This document shows, one piece after another, positions 1 through 15,682 of a stretch of DNA of 64,000 nucleotides. This DNA comes from Batkoa obscura (lineage: Eukaryota): contig JASVEC010000024.1 of the NCBI GenBank assembly GCA_030770535.1, forward strand, positions 434,001-498,000, given 5' to 3'. Position 1 is the stretch's first letter. Each line of letters begins with the position of its first letter. Under the pieces are notes generated by a model that searched no databases, was not told where the DNA came from, and worked only from the letters and a program-made list of their open reading frames with translations. Position numbers and translations under genes: made by a program.

Positions 1-64
1 TGTTAAAATTGAATTGTTAAAATTTATCAATTTATTATTTTCTAATACTCACTTTCACCAGCCA

Positions 65-1039
65 ATGTTTAAATTGTACCAATCCTTCCAATTACCTTTA
101 AAGGGCATAAAAAGGAGTTATTCCACCTCCCCAACAACTAAAAGCAGAAGTTTTTATTATGGATTAGGCTTAAGCGCTAGTGCCTTGCTTTATGGTCTTT
201 ATCACTTGGTCAAATCGGATGATAATATTAATGAAATTGATTTTGTTCCATTCACTTTAACTTCTAAAACAAAATTAAACCACAACACTTCCCTATTTCA
301 TTTACAGGGTACCTCTCCCATCAATTTTCCATTATTAAGTCATATTCAAGTGAAACATCATTTAATGCAAATCATGCGACCATATACTGTACTTCCATTG
401 GAGTTTCAGAAAACTAAAGACGGATTTTTACAGAAAGATATAGTATTGATGATTAAAGAATACAATGATGGTCCAATGAGTCAATTTTTGTTTCGCAAAA
501 AAGTAGGAGATAAAGTAGAAGTAAGGGGACCTTATTATACAATTCGAGAAGAGCTTAAAAAAGAAGGTAAATTAATCATGTTGGCAGCAGGTACTGGTAT
601 TGCTCCATTTTATCAAATATTAAAAGTGGTTTTGAATGGAGAAACAAAACAGAAATTCGAATTGTTTTATTTTAATAGGAATAAAGAAGATATCTTATTA
701 AAAAAAGAGTTGGATGAAATGAAATTGAAATTTAAAGATCAAGTAAAAGTTTATTATTATTGTGAGGATAATAAAGGGGATGATGAGATAGCTAATGGTA
801 TTGTTAATTTTGAGTTAATAAATAATTATTTGAAAAAGAATCCATTATCAAGTAACGATAAAATATTGATTTGTGGACCTGAAGGGTAATTTAATATTTA
901 ATATTTAATATTATAATTAATTGTTTTAAGGTTTTTAAGAGCGATAAGTGGAGCTAAATTAAATGATTATGAAGATGGAGAAGTAGCCGGAATATTAGGA
1001 AAATTAAATATTACTAAAGAACAGGTTTATAAATTATAG
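65..1039 (+). CDS. NADH-cytochrome b5 reductase family flavoprotein (MCR1/CYC2-like), 2 exons
   Basis: RPYT FAD motif, MLAAGTGIAP NAD-binding motif, ICGPEG. GT-AG intron 886-930 restores the C-terminus FLRAISGAK...GILGKL...QVYKL*. First ATG at 65. Confidence 0.85.
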
Positions 1040-1112
1040 ATAAATAAATATTAAATATTAAATATTAAAGATTAAAAATTAAACCTATTTCTGTTTCTAT
1101 TTTTATCTTATT

Positions 1113-2650
1113 TTAATAACGACAATGGTTGATATATCTAGGATAAGGAGAAGTATCTCTAATATGTTCTTGCCCTGTAATAAATTGTAAGAATCTTTCA
1201 ATACCTAAACCAAAGCCACCATGGGGTACAGAGCCATATCTCCTTAAATCTAAATACCATTGATACTCATTTAACATAGTTGAGTTCATGTTATTTTCTA
1301 ATATATTAATATCGTCTTCACGTAATGAACCTCCAATTAATTCTCCAATACCTGGTATTAATAAATCAAAACAAGCAACAGTACTGTTATCTTGATTCAA
1401 TTTCATATAAAAAGGTTTAATTTGTTTTGGATAATTAGTTATAAAAACTGGAGATTGATAGTAATTTGCTAAATATTTTTCATGCTCTGATTGTAAAGAT
1501 TTACCAACAATAGGCTGAAATTCAAATTTTTGTTTACTATTTTCTAATTCTTTGATTGCTTGTTGATAACTTAATCTATAAAATGGTTGGTTAATTACCA
1601 TATTTAATTTATTTAACAATTGCCCTTTTTCTGTTCCATATTTATCAAAAAATTCTAATTCTTCTTTGCCAACTTGTACTAAATATTTCAAACAATCTTT
1701 GATAACTACTTCAGCTAAATCCATCAATTGGTTTAAATCTTTAAGGAAAGCAAGTTCTAATTCAAACATCCAAAATTCAGCTAAATGTCGTGATGTCATT
1801 GAACCTTCCGCTCTGAATGTGGGACCAATTGTATAAACTCTAGATAAACTATTGGCTAACATTTCCAAATGTAATTGAGCTGAAACAGTTAAATAAGCTG
1901 GATTCCCAAAGAATTCTTCATTATTGCTTTTGATTTTGAATACTTCTCCTCCTCCTTCACAATCATGGGAGGTTATTATAGGAGTATGTACTTGAATAAA
2001 CTCTTTTTGCTAACAATTATGTTAATAATAATTTACTTATTTTTTAAGTTCATATTTACATTTAAACTTTGATTAATAGCAGTTAGTAAATGAGATCTAA
2101 GTCTTAATAAAGCGGACATTCCATTAGTACGTGGTCTTAAATGCCCATGTTCTCTTAAAAATTCTAAGCCATGTTTTTTCTTTTGTAATGGATAGCTCTA
2201 ATTGTATAAATAACTAATCTTTCGAGTAAAAAAATTGTTACCTCAGCATCGCTTTTACCCAAAATTTGTAAACTATTTACTTTTAATTCTAAACTTTGAT
2301 TCTTTCCAGGACTCTTTACAAGTTTACCATACGCTTTTAAAGAGCAACCGGTAGTTACACTATATAAATTAATAAATAAAATATTAACCTGATTCTTAAT
2401 TTGATTACTCTTTGATTAATTCATTCTTATCTAAATCTTCAAAAACGAGTTGTAATGGTTTTGTATTTGATCCATCCGATAAAGCCACAAAACCAATTGT
2501 TTTTTGAATTCTAGCTGTCTTAACCCATCCACTTACTTCCAACTCTTCACCTTCTTTTCCATTTTCAAGTATCCTTTGTAAATTTCTCGTTAAACATGTG
2601 GTATACGGCCTTTTCAATATAGTTTTCAATGGACTTAACAAGCTTAGCAT
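1113..2650 (-). CDS. SLM5: Asparaginyl-tRNA synthetase, mitochondrial type (multi-exon)
   Basis: N-terminal OB fold (VSGWVKTAR), YLTVSAQLHLE, GPTFRAE..TSRHLAEFWM, GELIGGSLRE, PHGGFGLGIERF. Basic presequence-like N-terminus. Confidence 0.9.
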
Positions 2651-2845
2651 TTCAATTTTTTTTAATATTAAAAAAAATCAAAGGATGAAAATTTGGCTAT
2701 GATTGGTTATTAAGGTTTTAGTACAGGTTTAATCAGTTGGAATTTTATTGGCTGCCACTAAAGTCGTTTCATGTTACTTCATTTTAGAATCTAAAGATTA
2801 ATGTTTATAAATTTATTTATTTTTTATTAATTTAACAAAGTGAAG

Positions 2846-3601
2846 ATGAGTTCAACTGCTTTAAAAAGATTAATTACTGAATATAAGGGTAGATTAGTAT
2901 TGAGTTTTAGTTTAATATATGTCTTAATTGATTATAGAGTTAACTGTCAATCCCCCAGAAGGCATTACAGCTGGTAAAAATAGGAAATAAATAGTTTCTA
3001 AAATGATACTAAATTCTATAACTTAGGTCCAGTATCTGAAGATAATTTTTTTGAATGGGACGCATTAATAGCGTAATTAATAATATGTTTATTTAAAACT
3101 AATTTCATTAATCAATATATTTTTAGTGGCCCTGAAGGCACCCCATTTGAAGGTGGTTTATTTTCAGCTACATTAACTTTCCCAAAAGATTACCCATTAT
3201 CCCCACCAGTAATGAAGTTTACTTGTCCAATGTTTCATCCAAATAGTAATTACTATAAATGTATTTCTATTTTTAGTTAATATATATAGTTTATCCCAAT
3301 GGCGAAGTATGTATATCAATTTTGCATGCGGCTGGAGATGATCCCAATATGTATGAGTCATCTTCAGAAAGATGGTCTCCAGTACAATCCATTGAAAAAA
3401 TATTAATATCGGTAGTTAGTATGTTGGCTGGTAAGTTTAATTTATTATTGTTTATTCCATATTTTGAATTAGAGTATTATTCTCATAGATCCAAATGACG
3501 AAAGCGGAGCTAATATTGATGCTTGTAAAGTATGGCGAAACAATCGTGAAGAATATGATCGATTGGTCAAAGAAAACGTTAAGCTTACCCTTGGATTATA
3601 A
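2846..3601 (+). CDS. UBC7: Ubiquitin-conjugating enzyme E2 (Ubc7/UBE2G2), multi-exon
   Basis: Spliced reading: [86 protein letters not shown], including the Ubc7-type acidic insertion. Confidence 0.93.
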
Positions 3602-3700
3602 GAATTGCCTATTTTAGTAATAAAATAAAGTTGAGTAAAGTTGAGGGATATTTGTACTTTTTTACTTTTTTACTTTTTTACTTTTTTATTTTTTAATCAG

Positions 3701-4212
3701 ATGAATTCAAACACAACCTTTCCAGTAGATACTAAACAAGCTAGTTATTTAATTCATGATATTGATACAGATATTATTTGTTTAAATTTTAATAATAAAA
3801 TTGTGGCTATAGTGACTCAGATTGGTAAAGTTGGTAGCTTGGTAAATTTGTTTTCAATTTATGTCGAAATTTAAATTTAAATCCCTTTTAGTTACAATCT
3901 ATTGTCACCAATCCTGATGGCGGATCAGTGAACTATGATGAATTTAGTGTACGAAGTATTGAAAAAATTGGTGAAAAGTATTTAGTTGATACCAAATTTT
4001 TATTGGGTAACCAAACTGAAACTGGATCGATTTATGAAATTATTGCTTCTCAATTATGTAACCTTATTGTAGCTGATAATCCTATGGAAAGAAGACCAGT
4101 TCTTTTAGCACTTGCTTTAGATAAAAGCTTATTTTTAAATGAAAACCAAAGAAAATTAAAGGATGCTATAAGATGTATACCAGAATTAATTCAAGATAAT
4201 AAAGCTTGGTGA
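3701..4212 (+). CDS. Proteasome assembly chaperone 3 (PAC3/PSMG3-like), 2 exons
   Basis: FPVDTKQ..FNNKIVAIVTQIGKVGSL | ..TKFLLG..YEIIASQL..RRPVLLALAL matches the PAC3 pattern. Intron ~3842-3891. Confidence 0.7.
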
Positions 4213-4775
4213 TAAACTTTATGTCCTCCAGCTGGTAAAAGCCGTATAAGCAAAAAAGTATCGTGTGTTTTATATAATATTTATGCAATTTTAAATATTA
4301 AAAATGTCTATCAATATTTTGACAGAATATTTTCTTTATAATGTTAGTAAATTTATACAAATACTGCTTTCTGAATTATTTATCGTTTTAGATGATCTAT
4401 TTGTTAATTTATTTAATAAAAAAGGTCCCAACTAATAACTTACATACTAAATGTAATTACATTTAATGTATTATATTTCCTATGGTAAAGTTAAACTGCA
4501 TTTTATAGTAAAAAATAACATTTTACTCTTATTATCTCAAAGTCTCATAATGTCAAATATCATTTGTTAGATGTATTATATATTATTTTTTATTATCTTA
4601 ATTTACAATACTTCTATAAATTCATGTCAACCATTTTATTAGAAATATAATATACCATTCTCATCAACATTTTAAAAAATCCAAGCAAAACCTCAGCTAA
4701 ATAGTTGATTGGTTTGTTCAAATCAATATAAGGGATGACGCATCAAAACTCCATTTTAATTTTTCAATTTCAAAA

Positions 4776-5640
<865 letters not shown>

Positions 5641-5685
5641 AATATTAATTTTAATAAAATCAAAGTTAAGTAAAAATATTGTACT

Positions 5686-6637
5686 TTATTTTAAATTTTC
5701 TAATAAATAAGTTAACATTATGGATGAGTTTTGTTCCACTTTCAAATCTGCTAGATCATCTGCTCTAGTTGGTCCAAGGTTTAATATATATACTTGCTTA
5801 CCATTGTTTTTAGCTGATAAAGCTAAACGATAAGCTGAAGGAGTGGCCAGTGATGAGCCAATAACCAAAAGTGAGCTAGTATTTTCAATTTGAAATTTGG
5901 CTTCTTCCCTAGCTTTTTGTTTCATATTTTCACCAAAAAAGACCACGGAGGGTTTATAAAACCCATCATTACATTTTAAACAAGAGGGTATATTAAATAA
6001 ATTAAATGGTGTATTGTCTGGTAATAAAATATCGCCATCGGGGGTAGTTTGTGGTTGAGTTTTTGAATTTTCAAATTGTTGTAGATAATTATGCCATTTC
6101 GGATTCATATCGGATAGCATTTCTTGAAAACTCTCCCTTTTTATTTGATGTTTGCAACTTAAACATTCCACAAAGCTCAAAGTACCATGTATTTCAGTCA
6201 CGTTTTTTGTGCCTGCTTTCTGATGTAAATTATCTACATTTTGTGTTATGACATGTTTGACATACCCTTGCTGTTCTAATGCAGCCAATGCAAAGTGTGA
6301 CGCATTAGGTTTTGATGTTGAAAATTTAGGAAATCCAAAATAAGAACGTGTCCAATACCTCTGTCTTCTTTCATGGCTGGATGCAAAATGTTGATACGTT
6401 ATAGGCTTAAACCCTGGGTTAACAACATATGCTCCATTTGGCCCTCGATAATCTGGAATTCCAGAATCTGTGCTTATTCCTAGAATTTGATTAGTCGCCT
6501 TCTATCTTGATTGATAAGTTTTTACCTGCTCCAGTTAATACTACCATACCACCTTGATTTAGGTTGTTTATAGCTGCTTTTAATAGCTGATCTTTTAGCG
6601 ATATTTCTTTTAGTGTTTTTGTAGCAATTGTTGACAT
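5686..6637 (-). CDS. Class II sirtuin (SIRT4-like NAD-dependent deacylase), 2 exons
   Basis: VLTGAG|ISTDSGIPDYRGPNG, RQRYWTRSYFGFP, ITQNVDNLH, EIHGTL, CxxC..CxxC, KPSVVFFGE, GSSL. Intron ~6482-6525. Confidence 0.9.
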
Positions 6638-6733
6638 TTTGAATTCTAAAAATCAAGAATAAATTAATTTCAATTTTTACAATTAAATTCAACTTGTAAA
6701 GAATTCTAACTTTATTTTATTTGGATCGAAAAA

Positions 6734-8030
<1,297 letters not shown>

Positions 8031-8594
8031 ATTAACTCTATTCATATTGAATTATTAAAAATTATAGATTTTTAGAATGTATTGTTTGTTACTGTATTTA
8101 ATTAATTGAGTGTTACATATACAAGATGGTGTTAAAACTGGATTTTAGACATTTAGAGGTAATAGCTACTATGTTTTTAGGATTAATGGTTTTACGTGGG
8201 TTTATGCAGTTTGAAGATGTTTAGTTATTTAATTCATAAAGCATAATGTTTTATTAAAGTTGTGATAAATGAGATTCTAACTTAATATTGTCTTTGGTTT
8301 ATTATATAGATTAATTAATATCTGTTAATTGAAGGGGCCGAAAGCAGTACTAATTTCTTTTATAAAATATTAAAAACGGCTCTTCAAACATATAGTTGAA
8401 GTTAAACTAAATTTCTAACTTTTATTGATTACATTATTTTACATTAGTGTACCAGTACTGCAGCTAAAAAAAATTCTAATAAAAATCATCATGTAATTAA
8501 TAAATTTAAGAACTATCAGTCGTATTATTTTTTATAGCTGGAATTATATATAAAGTAAATAACAATGGTGATATGTATTTAATTTATAGCACAA

Positions 8595-10140
8595 TTAACT
8601 ATTATCAACTGTAAGTCTTTTACGTCTAGCTTCTAAATATTCCATACACTCAGCGTATGATTTTGGTAATACTCTTGGTACTGGAAATTGATCACTGTCT
8701 GGTGTTTGGAAAGTAAAATGGAAAGTATTCGTAATTCCATTATCTGTTCTATCTGGGGAGATAACTCTAGCTTGTACAGAAACTTGAAGTAATGAATCTT
8801 CAATGGAAGAAGATCCATCATGCTTTTCAGGGGTATGGGCCACCTTGGAAGTTAACGTTAAAATAGAACCAATTGGTACCGATTTTCTGAATAAAATTTC
8901 ATCTGAAGCTAAAAATCTTGGTACTGTTCCAATATAGTTATAACCAGTTACCCAAGCGAGTTGGAAGGCTAATCTCATAAGGTAGCCACCAAAAATAAAA
9001 TTATGCACGTTTCGGTCCTAAAAGAAAGTTATTACTATCAAACACAATAGCTTTTTTTAAAATACCTGTGGCTGACACACAGTAACAGATTGTAATTGGG
9101 TAGAACTCATCCATTTAACATTAGATGGCATTGGACTGGTTTCATCTAAATATTTTAAACTTTCTAAATAAAGATCATGTACAAGTAAACGTTCTTCGGC
9201 TGTAGGTGGAGCCTTAGTTAATGATTTTTGTACTGTAGCCATTTTACGAGCTTTAGAAGCCAAGCCATCATTAAAAAGTTTCTTTTCTCTATCTCCACGA
9301 ACCAGTAATGGATGAAGTTGAGAAGCACGTTTGGTATACTTATCCCTAGCTACCATAGTAAACTTTGCTTCTAGAATAGCAGGACTATTTGATAATGTGA
9401 TAGCTTCATTTGTTCCTATTTTATTAGGATCAATTTCTTCCATCTTTATAAATATTTCCATGGAACTGTAACCAACATATGAAACATGTCCGCCCAATCT
9501 ATAATTTTTTTCAGGATTGATTCGCTTGTGGATGGCTATACGGTCGACGGAAGCAGTGACAATAGTTAAATGAGAAGAAGCTACCTTTTCATTACAGTAT
9601 TTGTATCCGATTCCAGCTGCTAATTTATCAAGATCTTCCATTACTTTACCTACTTTAATTTCACCCCAGGCGTTTTCATATTGTTTTAAAAGTTCTAAAT
9701 CATCTTTAAAATTTAAATGGATCTCTAAATAAGAATCAGCCATAGTACGTAAAGTCAAATCAGTTTCTTTTTTTTCTGTTTTATTTTGATTTTTATCCTT
9801 GGTGTTTAAACTGTCTCTATACGCTCCACTTGGTATTACGGAAAAAAATTCTTCTAATAAGTTCATACTTTCTGGTGTACCTATCTTTTCATGTTTGGTG
9901 CTCAAGATTTCATCTACTTGTTTGACACCAGAAGCTGATTAAGTTAGAGTTATGAGATTTAAAAAGCATATTTATTTTACCTAGCGCATCTTTTAAATCA
10001 GATACAACACCTTTATATTCTTTATCGTTACTTTTGGGTGGCTCTGTTTTAGTATTCAATCCTCTGTTTAACATGGGTTCATAATTGATCTTATTTCCTT
10101 TCAAAATTGTTTGAAAACTATTTTTGATTAACCTTTTCAT
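8595..10140 (-). CDS. Double hotdog acyl-CoA thioesterase (ACOT9-like), multi-exon
   Basis: GKVMEDLDKLA, IVTASVDRI, G.VSYVGYSSMEI, PQ|DRNVHNFIFGGYLMRLAFQLA, FHFTF. Confidence 0.88.
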
Positions 10141-11094
10141 TTTCAAACAATTAACTAAGTTTTAATAAAAGAAACATTTTGATTTTTGATGAGGTAATAT
10201 ATAAATGGGGGATTACAAATTAATTGAAAGTTTTTCGAATTTTTTAAATTTCCGAAAAAATCAATAAAGTTTAAGGTTCTAGAATTTTAGTTTAAGAAGA
10301 CATCTTCAATTATCTGGGCTATTCCTTAAAGTAAAATGTTTTGAAGTTAATATAGGCTTTTCCTACCAAAATCTATAAAACGCTTTGATAAAGCTAAAGA
10401 TATATTAGTATTGTTACATTTTTTAACCTCAAGTTGTATTTATATGTTTTAAAGAAATTTGATGGTATAGATAATAAAATTTTTGTTCTTCAAAAATTCT
10501 AAACCATTAAATGAATAACTTGTATTAACGCGGAGCTACTTTATTATCAGTCTAAGAACATTATTTCATTTTAAAGTTTACCAGAATATTGTATATTTTA
10601 TCATCCTTTAACATGCTATAAATTTAAAAATCCATTGATATATAGCAGATATATTCAAAGATGTATAAAGTCTTGACAATGTGTTATTTATCATTTAAAG
10701 TTAGGTAGCCTACCTTTAGCTGTAAAGAATTTAAGCTGAGGCCTTCGACATGAAGAATAGTTAATTTTTAATCTTTAAACTAAAAAGAGATATCCGCTTT
10801 ATCAGAAAGCAGCTCATTAAATAAATAGATAAGAAACAAAACTTAGTAGTACTATGTTTAAAAACAATCTTTATTTAATCAAATCTAAACCCTATTGCGT
10901 TAAAATTTACTATTTTGATACCAACTTAAAAAATTTACTAAATATGCTTAATCAATTACAAATTAGTAAATTCCAATCTAAAAAGATCCCATAAAATTTC
11001 ATTGATCCATTTCGAATTAATTAAAAGAAAATTGAAATCAAAATAATTACTTTTGTAATAAAAGAAAAAGTTTGAATCTAAATAAAATAGAAAA

Positions 11095-13425
11095 ATGGGC
11101 TCCAATAAACGACCAGAACTTGATTCTTTAATTTATCAATATCTTTTAGATCAAGGTTTAGAAAAAGCAGCAAAAGCTTTAAAAAATGAAGCTGGTGATG
11201 TAAGTTTGTTGTTTTTTACATAGACTTTTAGCTAATGTTTTGTATAGAAAATATCCACTAAAGTTACTGGTGATTTGAGTGAAGCTTTTGAGTTATATAA
11301 GTAATTTTAAATATTTCTATTCAATTAAGTATCTTATTCCATAATATTAGGAAATCTGATGCCACTTTGACAAAAGAAGGTAAATTACTCTCAAAATATA
11401 AGTACATAACGTTAACTTAATATTTTCAGGATCTGTTAAAAACGTAGAAAAAGAATCAGACTCAAGCAGTGATAGTAGTTCAAGTAGTTCAGATAGTGAT
11501 AGTAGCTCAAGTAGTTCAGATAGCTCAAGTAGTTCAGATGGTGATAGTAGCTCAGATAGTGATAGTAGTGATAGTGAAGAAGAATCTAAAGATTCATCAT
11601 CTAACTCAACTGAAAGCAAAGAAGAAGACAAAAAAGAATCAAGTAGCTCAGATAGCGATAGTAGTTCAAGTAGCTCAGACAGTGATACTAGTGATAGTGA
11701 AGAAGATAAAAAAGAAGACAAGAAAGAAGAATTAAAATCAAGCTCAAATAGCTCAAGTAACTCAAGCAGTGATTCTAGCTCAAGTAGCTCAAGTAGCTCA
11801 AGTAGCTCTGATAGTGAAAGCGAAGAAGAGTCATCGTCAAAATCGTCTGAGAGCAAAGAAGAGGATAAAAAAGAATCAATAGAATCAACTAGCTCAAATA
11901 GTTCAAGTAGCTCAAGCAGTGATTCTAGTAGTTCAAGCAGTGATAGTAGCTCAGACAATGATAGCAGTAGCGATAGCGAGGATGAGAAAGACTCATCAGA
12001 TAAATCGTCTGAAAGTAAAGAAGATAGAAAAGACTCATCAGAATCAAGTAGCTCAAGTAGCTCAAGTAGCTCAAGCAGTGATTCTAGCTCAGACAGCGAT
12101 AGTAGTTCAAGTAGTGATAGTGAAGATGAAGATTCATTAAACAAATCATCTGAAGATAACAAAGAGGTACCAGAATCAAGCTCTAGTTCAAGTAGTGATT
12201 CTAGCTCAAGTAGTTCAGATAGTGACAGTAGCTCAGGAAGTGATAGTGAAGAAGAAGATAAAAAAGAGTCATCTGAAAGCAGAGAAAAAGAAAAAGAATC
12301 AAGCAGTAGTAGCTCAAGTGGTTCAGACAGTGATAGCAGCTCAAGTAGCGATTCTAGCTCAGATAGTGATAGTGAAGAAGAAGATAAAAAAGAGGAACCA
12401 AAGTCAGAATCTAGCTCAAGCAGTGATAGTAGCTCAGACAGCGATAGCAGCTCAAGCAGTGATAGTGATAGCAGTGATAATGAAGAAGAGTCTAAAGATT
12501 CATCATCTAACTCAACTGAAAGTAAGGAAGACGAGAAAAAAGAATCATCAGATTCTAGCTCAAGTAGTTCAAGCAGTAGTGGCAGCTCAGATAGTGACGC
12601 CAGTTCAGATAGCAGTGGTAGTGATAGTGAAGATGAAAAAGACTCATCAGATAAATCATCCGAAACCAAAGAAGAGGATAAGAAGGAGTCATCAGAATCA
12701 AGTAGCGATAGCAGCTCAGATAGTGATTCTAGCTCAAGCAGTGATTCTAGCTCAAGCAGTGATTCTAGCTCAGACAGTGATTCTAGCTCAGACAGTGATA
12801 GTGAGGATGAAAAAGACTCATCAGATAAGTCGTCTGAAAGTAAAGACGATAAAAAAGAATCATCAGACTCTAGTTCAAGTAGTGATTCTAGCTCCAATTC
12901 TGATAAAAATGAAACTGAAGAATCAAATGGAAAACGTAAGAGTGCCTCACCACTCCCAGAATCTAAAAAATCAAAAACTAATGAGTAGGTGATTCATTTG
13001 ATTATATAGAATAAAATTGTTAATATTATTTTTTTATTTTTTTATTTTAGTGTAAAGAGAATTAACCATAATACTAAGGTAAAATTTATAGTTGGATTTA
13101 AAAGAGTTTGTTTAATATTAATAAATTTTAGGGAGCTCCAAAAGAAAGATTTTGTCGTATTAAAGATGAAGATGCCGTAGTTCATGACGAAAGACTTATG
13201 GATAATCGATTTACATCCAAGGTAAAGTTCAATTCAATGGTTAATTCAATTTCAAATTAATTATTATTATAGGGTGGAGCTTTTGGTTCATATGGCGAAA
13301 AAGCACATAATGACTTAATTGTTACTCGTGGTAAAGGATTTACTAAAGAAAAAAATAAGAAGAAGCGTGGTTCTTATCGTGGCGGTGCTATTGATTTCCA
13401 ATCTCACTCCATTAAATTTGAGTAA
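11095..13425 (+). CDS. SRP40: Srp40/Nopp140 nucleolar phosphoprotein, multi-exon
   Basis: N-terminal LisH ([18 protein letters not shown]), long Ser/Asp/Glu repeat exon ~11430-12987, and SRP40 C-terminal domain ([44 protein letters not shown]). Confidence 0.93.
11450..12900 (+). repeat. Coding low-complexity tandem repeats (Ser-rich blocks alternating with E/D/K blocks)
   Basis: Recurrent AGTAGCTCA, AGTGATTCTAGCTCA and GATAGTGAAGAAGAAGATAAAAAAGAA units inside the SRP40 exon. Confidence 0.9.
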
Positions 13426-13833
13426 ATGATATGGAATTGAATGAAAGTTTTTGATAATTGATTGAATAATACATAACCCATGGATTATACTATAGACATA
13501 CTTTAATAAATTAAATGTTTTTTAAAATATCAAACATAAAGTTCAATTCATTTGCTTTTGTTTTATAATGGAAATTAATAGAATAAGCAATTAGTTGTTG
13601 ATATATAGTAAATGGGTTCAGTATGCTTATACTGACTTTAATATAATATTATATCAAATGGTTTTAATAAAATGTAATAATGTAGATTAATGTTTAAACT
13701 ATTTTATAAATAAGAATTAGTTATATACATTCAATTAAACTTTTGATGTAATGCACATAAAGTATCTAGATTAATAAATATATAAAATAAACTACACAAG
13801 ATAAATAATAATTATATATTGAATCATTTATAT

Positions 13834-14854
13834 TTATAACTCCTTTTTAAAGACATCTAAAACCTCCTTTGCTTGATCCCAATAGATAATTTTAGCTTTA
13901 ATTTGGTGGCTATCAGTAGTTAATATTTTAGCTAATTTACGTCCTTTTCTAACTAAAAATAAATCACCCCTAAAAGAAGATTACAAGTTAACATATGTTT
14001 CTGTTAAATTCATGTCAGCGCTTACTCGTCTAATGCACAGCCAGCACAGAAATCATTCATACCATCCCCAATATAAATTGTTTTCTTGTAGTCGAATCGA
14101 TTTTTTAATTGTTTCACTTTAATTCCTAAATAAAACAATTCCTAAATATACATGACCAACTATAAACTATTTATCTTTTACCTTTACATAAATTAACAGA
14201 ACAAGTATTCTCAATCCCATTAGCTTTTGTATTACAATTTGGTGGTGTATTAAATACGGGTAATAAAGTGATCAAATTTCCCTCAATCTTAGCTTCATTA
14301 GTAATAATATTATCAAAACAATCAATTAACTTATAATTCTTTAAAATAGTTGATAAAAATAGTGAGTTTCCATCTGATATAATATTAATTGAATGATCTT
14401 GTTTTTTAGCTAATAAAATAGCTTCAACCATATTAGAGGAAATTGGAAATGTTGATAAACATTGCTGAATTTGTTCGGGTGTAGTTCCCTTGGAATGAAT
14501 TACTTTTAAATTCGATTGCTAACAGAATCAATATAAACATAAATATAAATATTATGTTTAGTCTAAAGTTACCATTGTTTCTATCCAAATACCACTTTGA
14601 TCTAAAATGCCAATACCATCTGGATAATAATATTCTAATACATGATGATCACTAATATTGTATTTTTAAATATAAATATAAATGTAAACGTATAAATATA
14701 AATATAAATATATAAAATAATATAATTTTATTTAATTACCTATCTTTATCAGCCAAGGACCTAGGATATTAATTACTATTATTTTAAATATTTTTATTGA
14801 CTTTTGTTACCAATCAAAATCATAAGTAATTAATATTTTATTAGAATCACTCAT
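13834..14854 (-). CDS. HAD-family phosphatase, PHOSPHO1/2-like, multi-exon with micro-exons
   Basis: ILITYDFDW|SLADKDS|DHHV (DxD motif), IISDGNSLF, FDNIITN, NLCKG, IYIGDGMNDFC. Confidence 0.85.
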
Positions 14855-15100
14855 TTTGAAAGAAATAATTTTGAGAAAAGTTCCTATTGTCCTATTTATA
14901 TCATTTGTCCCCTTGGTGGCATTTAAAATAATGAACTATTCAATTATTTTAAATAGAAAATTCAATTTTCTATTTTTATTAAGAATTAAGAATAGCTAAA
15001 ATTTTGTGTACTTGTAAAGTTTAATTCATGTCACAAACTGTTAAAATAATAAAATGATTTGATATACGATAAAATTTTATTACAAAGATATAAAATAAAC

Positions 15101-15682
15101 TTAAATTAAATAAACACTAATAATAATGGAGAATAAAATAGAATGACCCCAATGATTGTTTATAATAGAACCGTGACTATTCATATTAATGACATTTTGT
15201 GATGATTTAGAATAAACTGAAGATGCCTTAGCTCGAGCTGTAGTTTTTGATACATTTTTAACTGAACCAGTTGAAGAATCTGAACTGGAATCTGAGGCAT
15301 CAGAGGTACTCTTAGAATCTCCAGATTTAGTCTTTGTAGCCTTAGTGGAAGTAGAAGCATCGGTAATGCTAGTCGCAGTGCTCTCTGTCTTACTAGTAGA
15401 AGAAGCTTTTTGATTTGGATCATTTTTGTTAAATATTGAATTGACACAATCTTGAAAACATGAATTAGGTACTCCATTAGTGGAACTATCAATACATTTA
15501 TCAGTACAATCTGATGTGGCATTTGCTTGATCATCACTTGGATTAGGTAAATTCAAGCATTGAGTTAAACAAGACACATCTCCTTTACATTGATTTTGAC
15601 ATTGTTTGGCAGTAGAACTACCCACAGCTTGAATGGTTAATATAAAAATTGTGAAGGTTATAGCGAATAATATAGATTTCAT
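15101..15682 (-). CDS. Secreted Cys-rich, Ser/Thr-rich, probably GPI-anchored cell-surface protein
   Basis: Hydrophobic N-terminal signal peptide, four CxxxC motifs, S/T-rich stalk, hydrophobic C-terminus. Single exon. Confidence 0.75.
   Translation of the reverse strand: MKSILFAITFTIFILTIQAVGSSTAKQCQNQCKGDVSCLTQCLNLPNPSDDQANATSDCTDKCIDSSTNGVPNSCFQDCVNSIFNKNDPNQKASSTSKTESTATSITDASTSTKATKTKSGDSKSTSDASDSSSDSSTGSVKNVSKTTARAKASSVYSKSSQNVINMNSHGSIINNHWGHSILFSIIISVYLI

Noticed and set aside
4448..4465. 18-bp perfect palindrome TAAATGTAATTACATTTA
   Set aside because: Isolated and AT-rich, so plausible by chance, with no associated feature.
11347..12897. 516-aa Leu/Ser-rich ORF on the minus strand, and alternative-frame V/I/A/Q-rich ORFs on plus
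   Set aside because: Shadow frames of the repetitive SRP40 Ser/Asp exon. The spliced plus-strand gene has the conserved LisH and SRP40 C-terminal domains.
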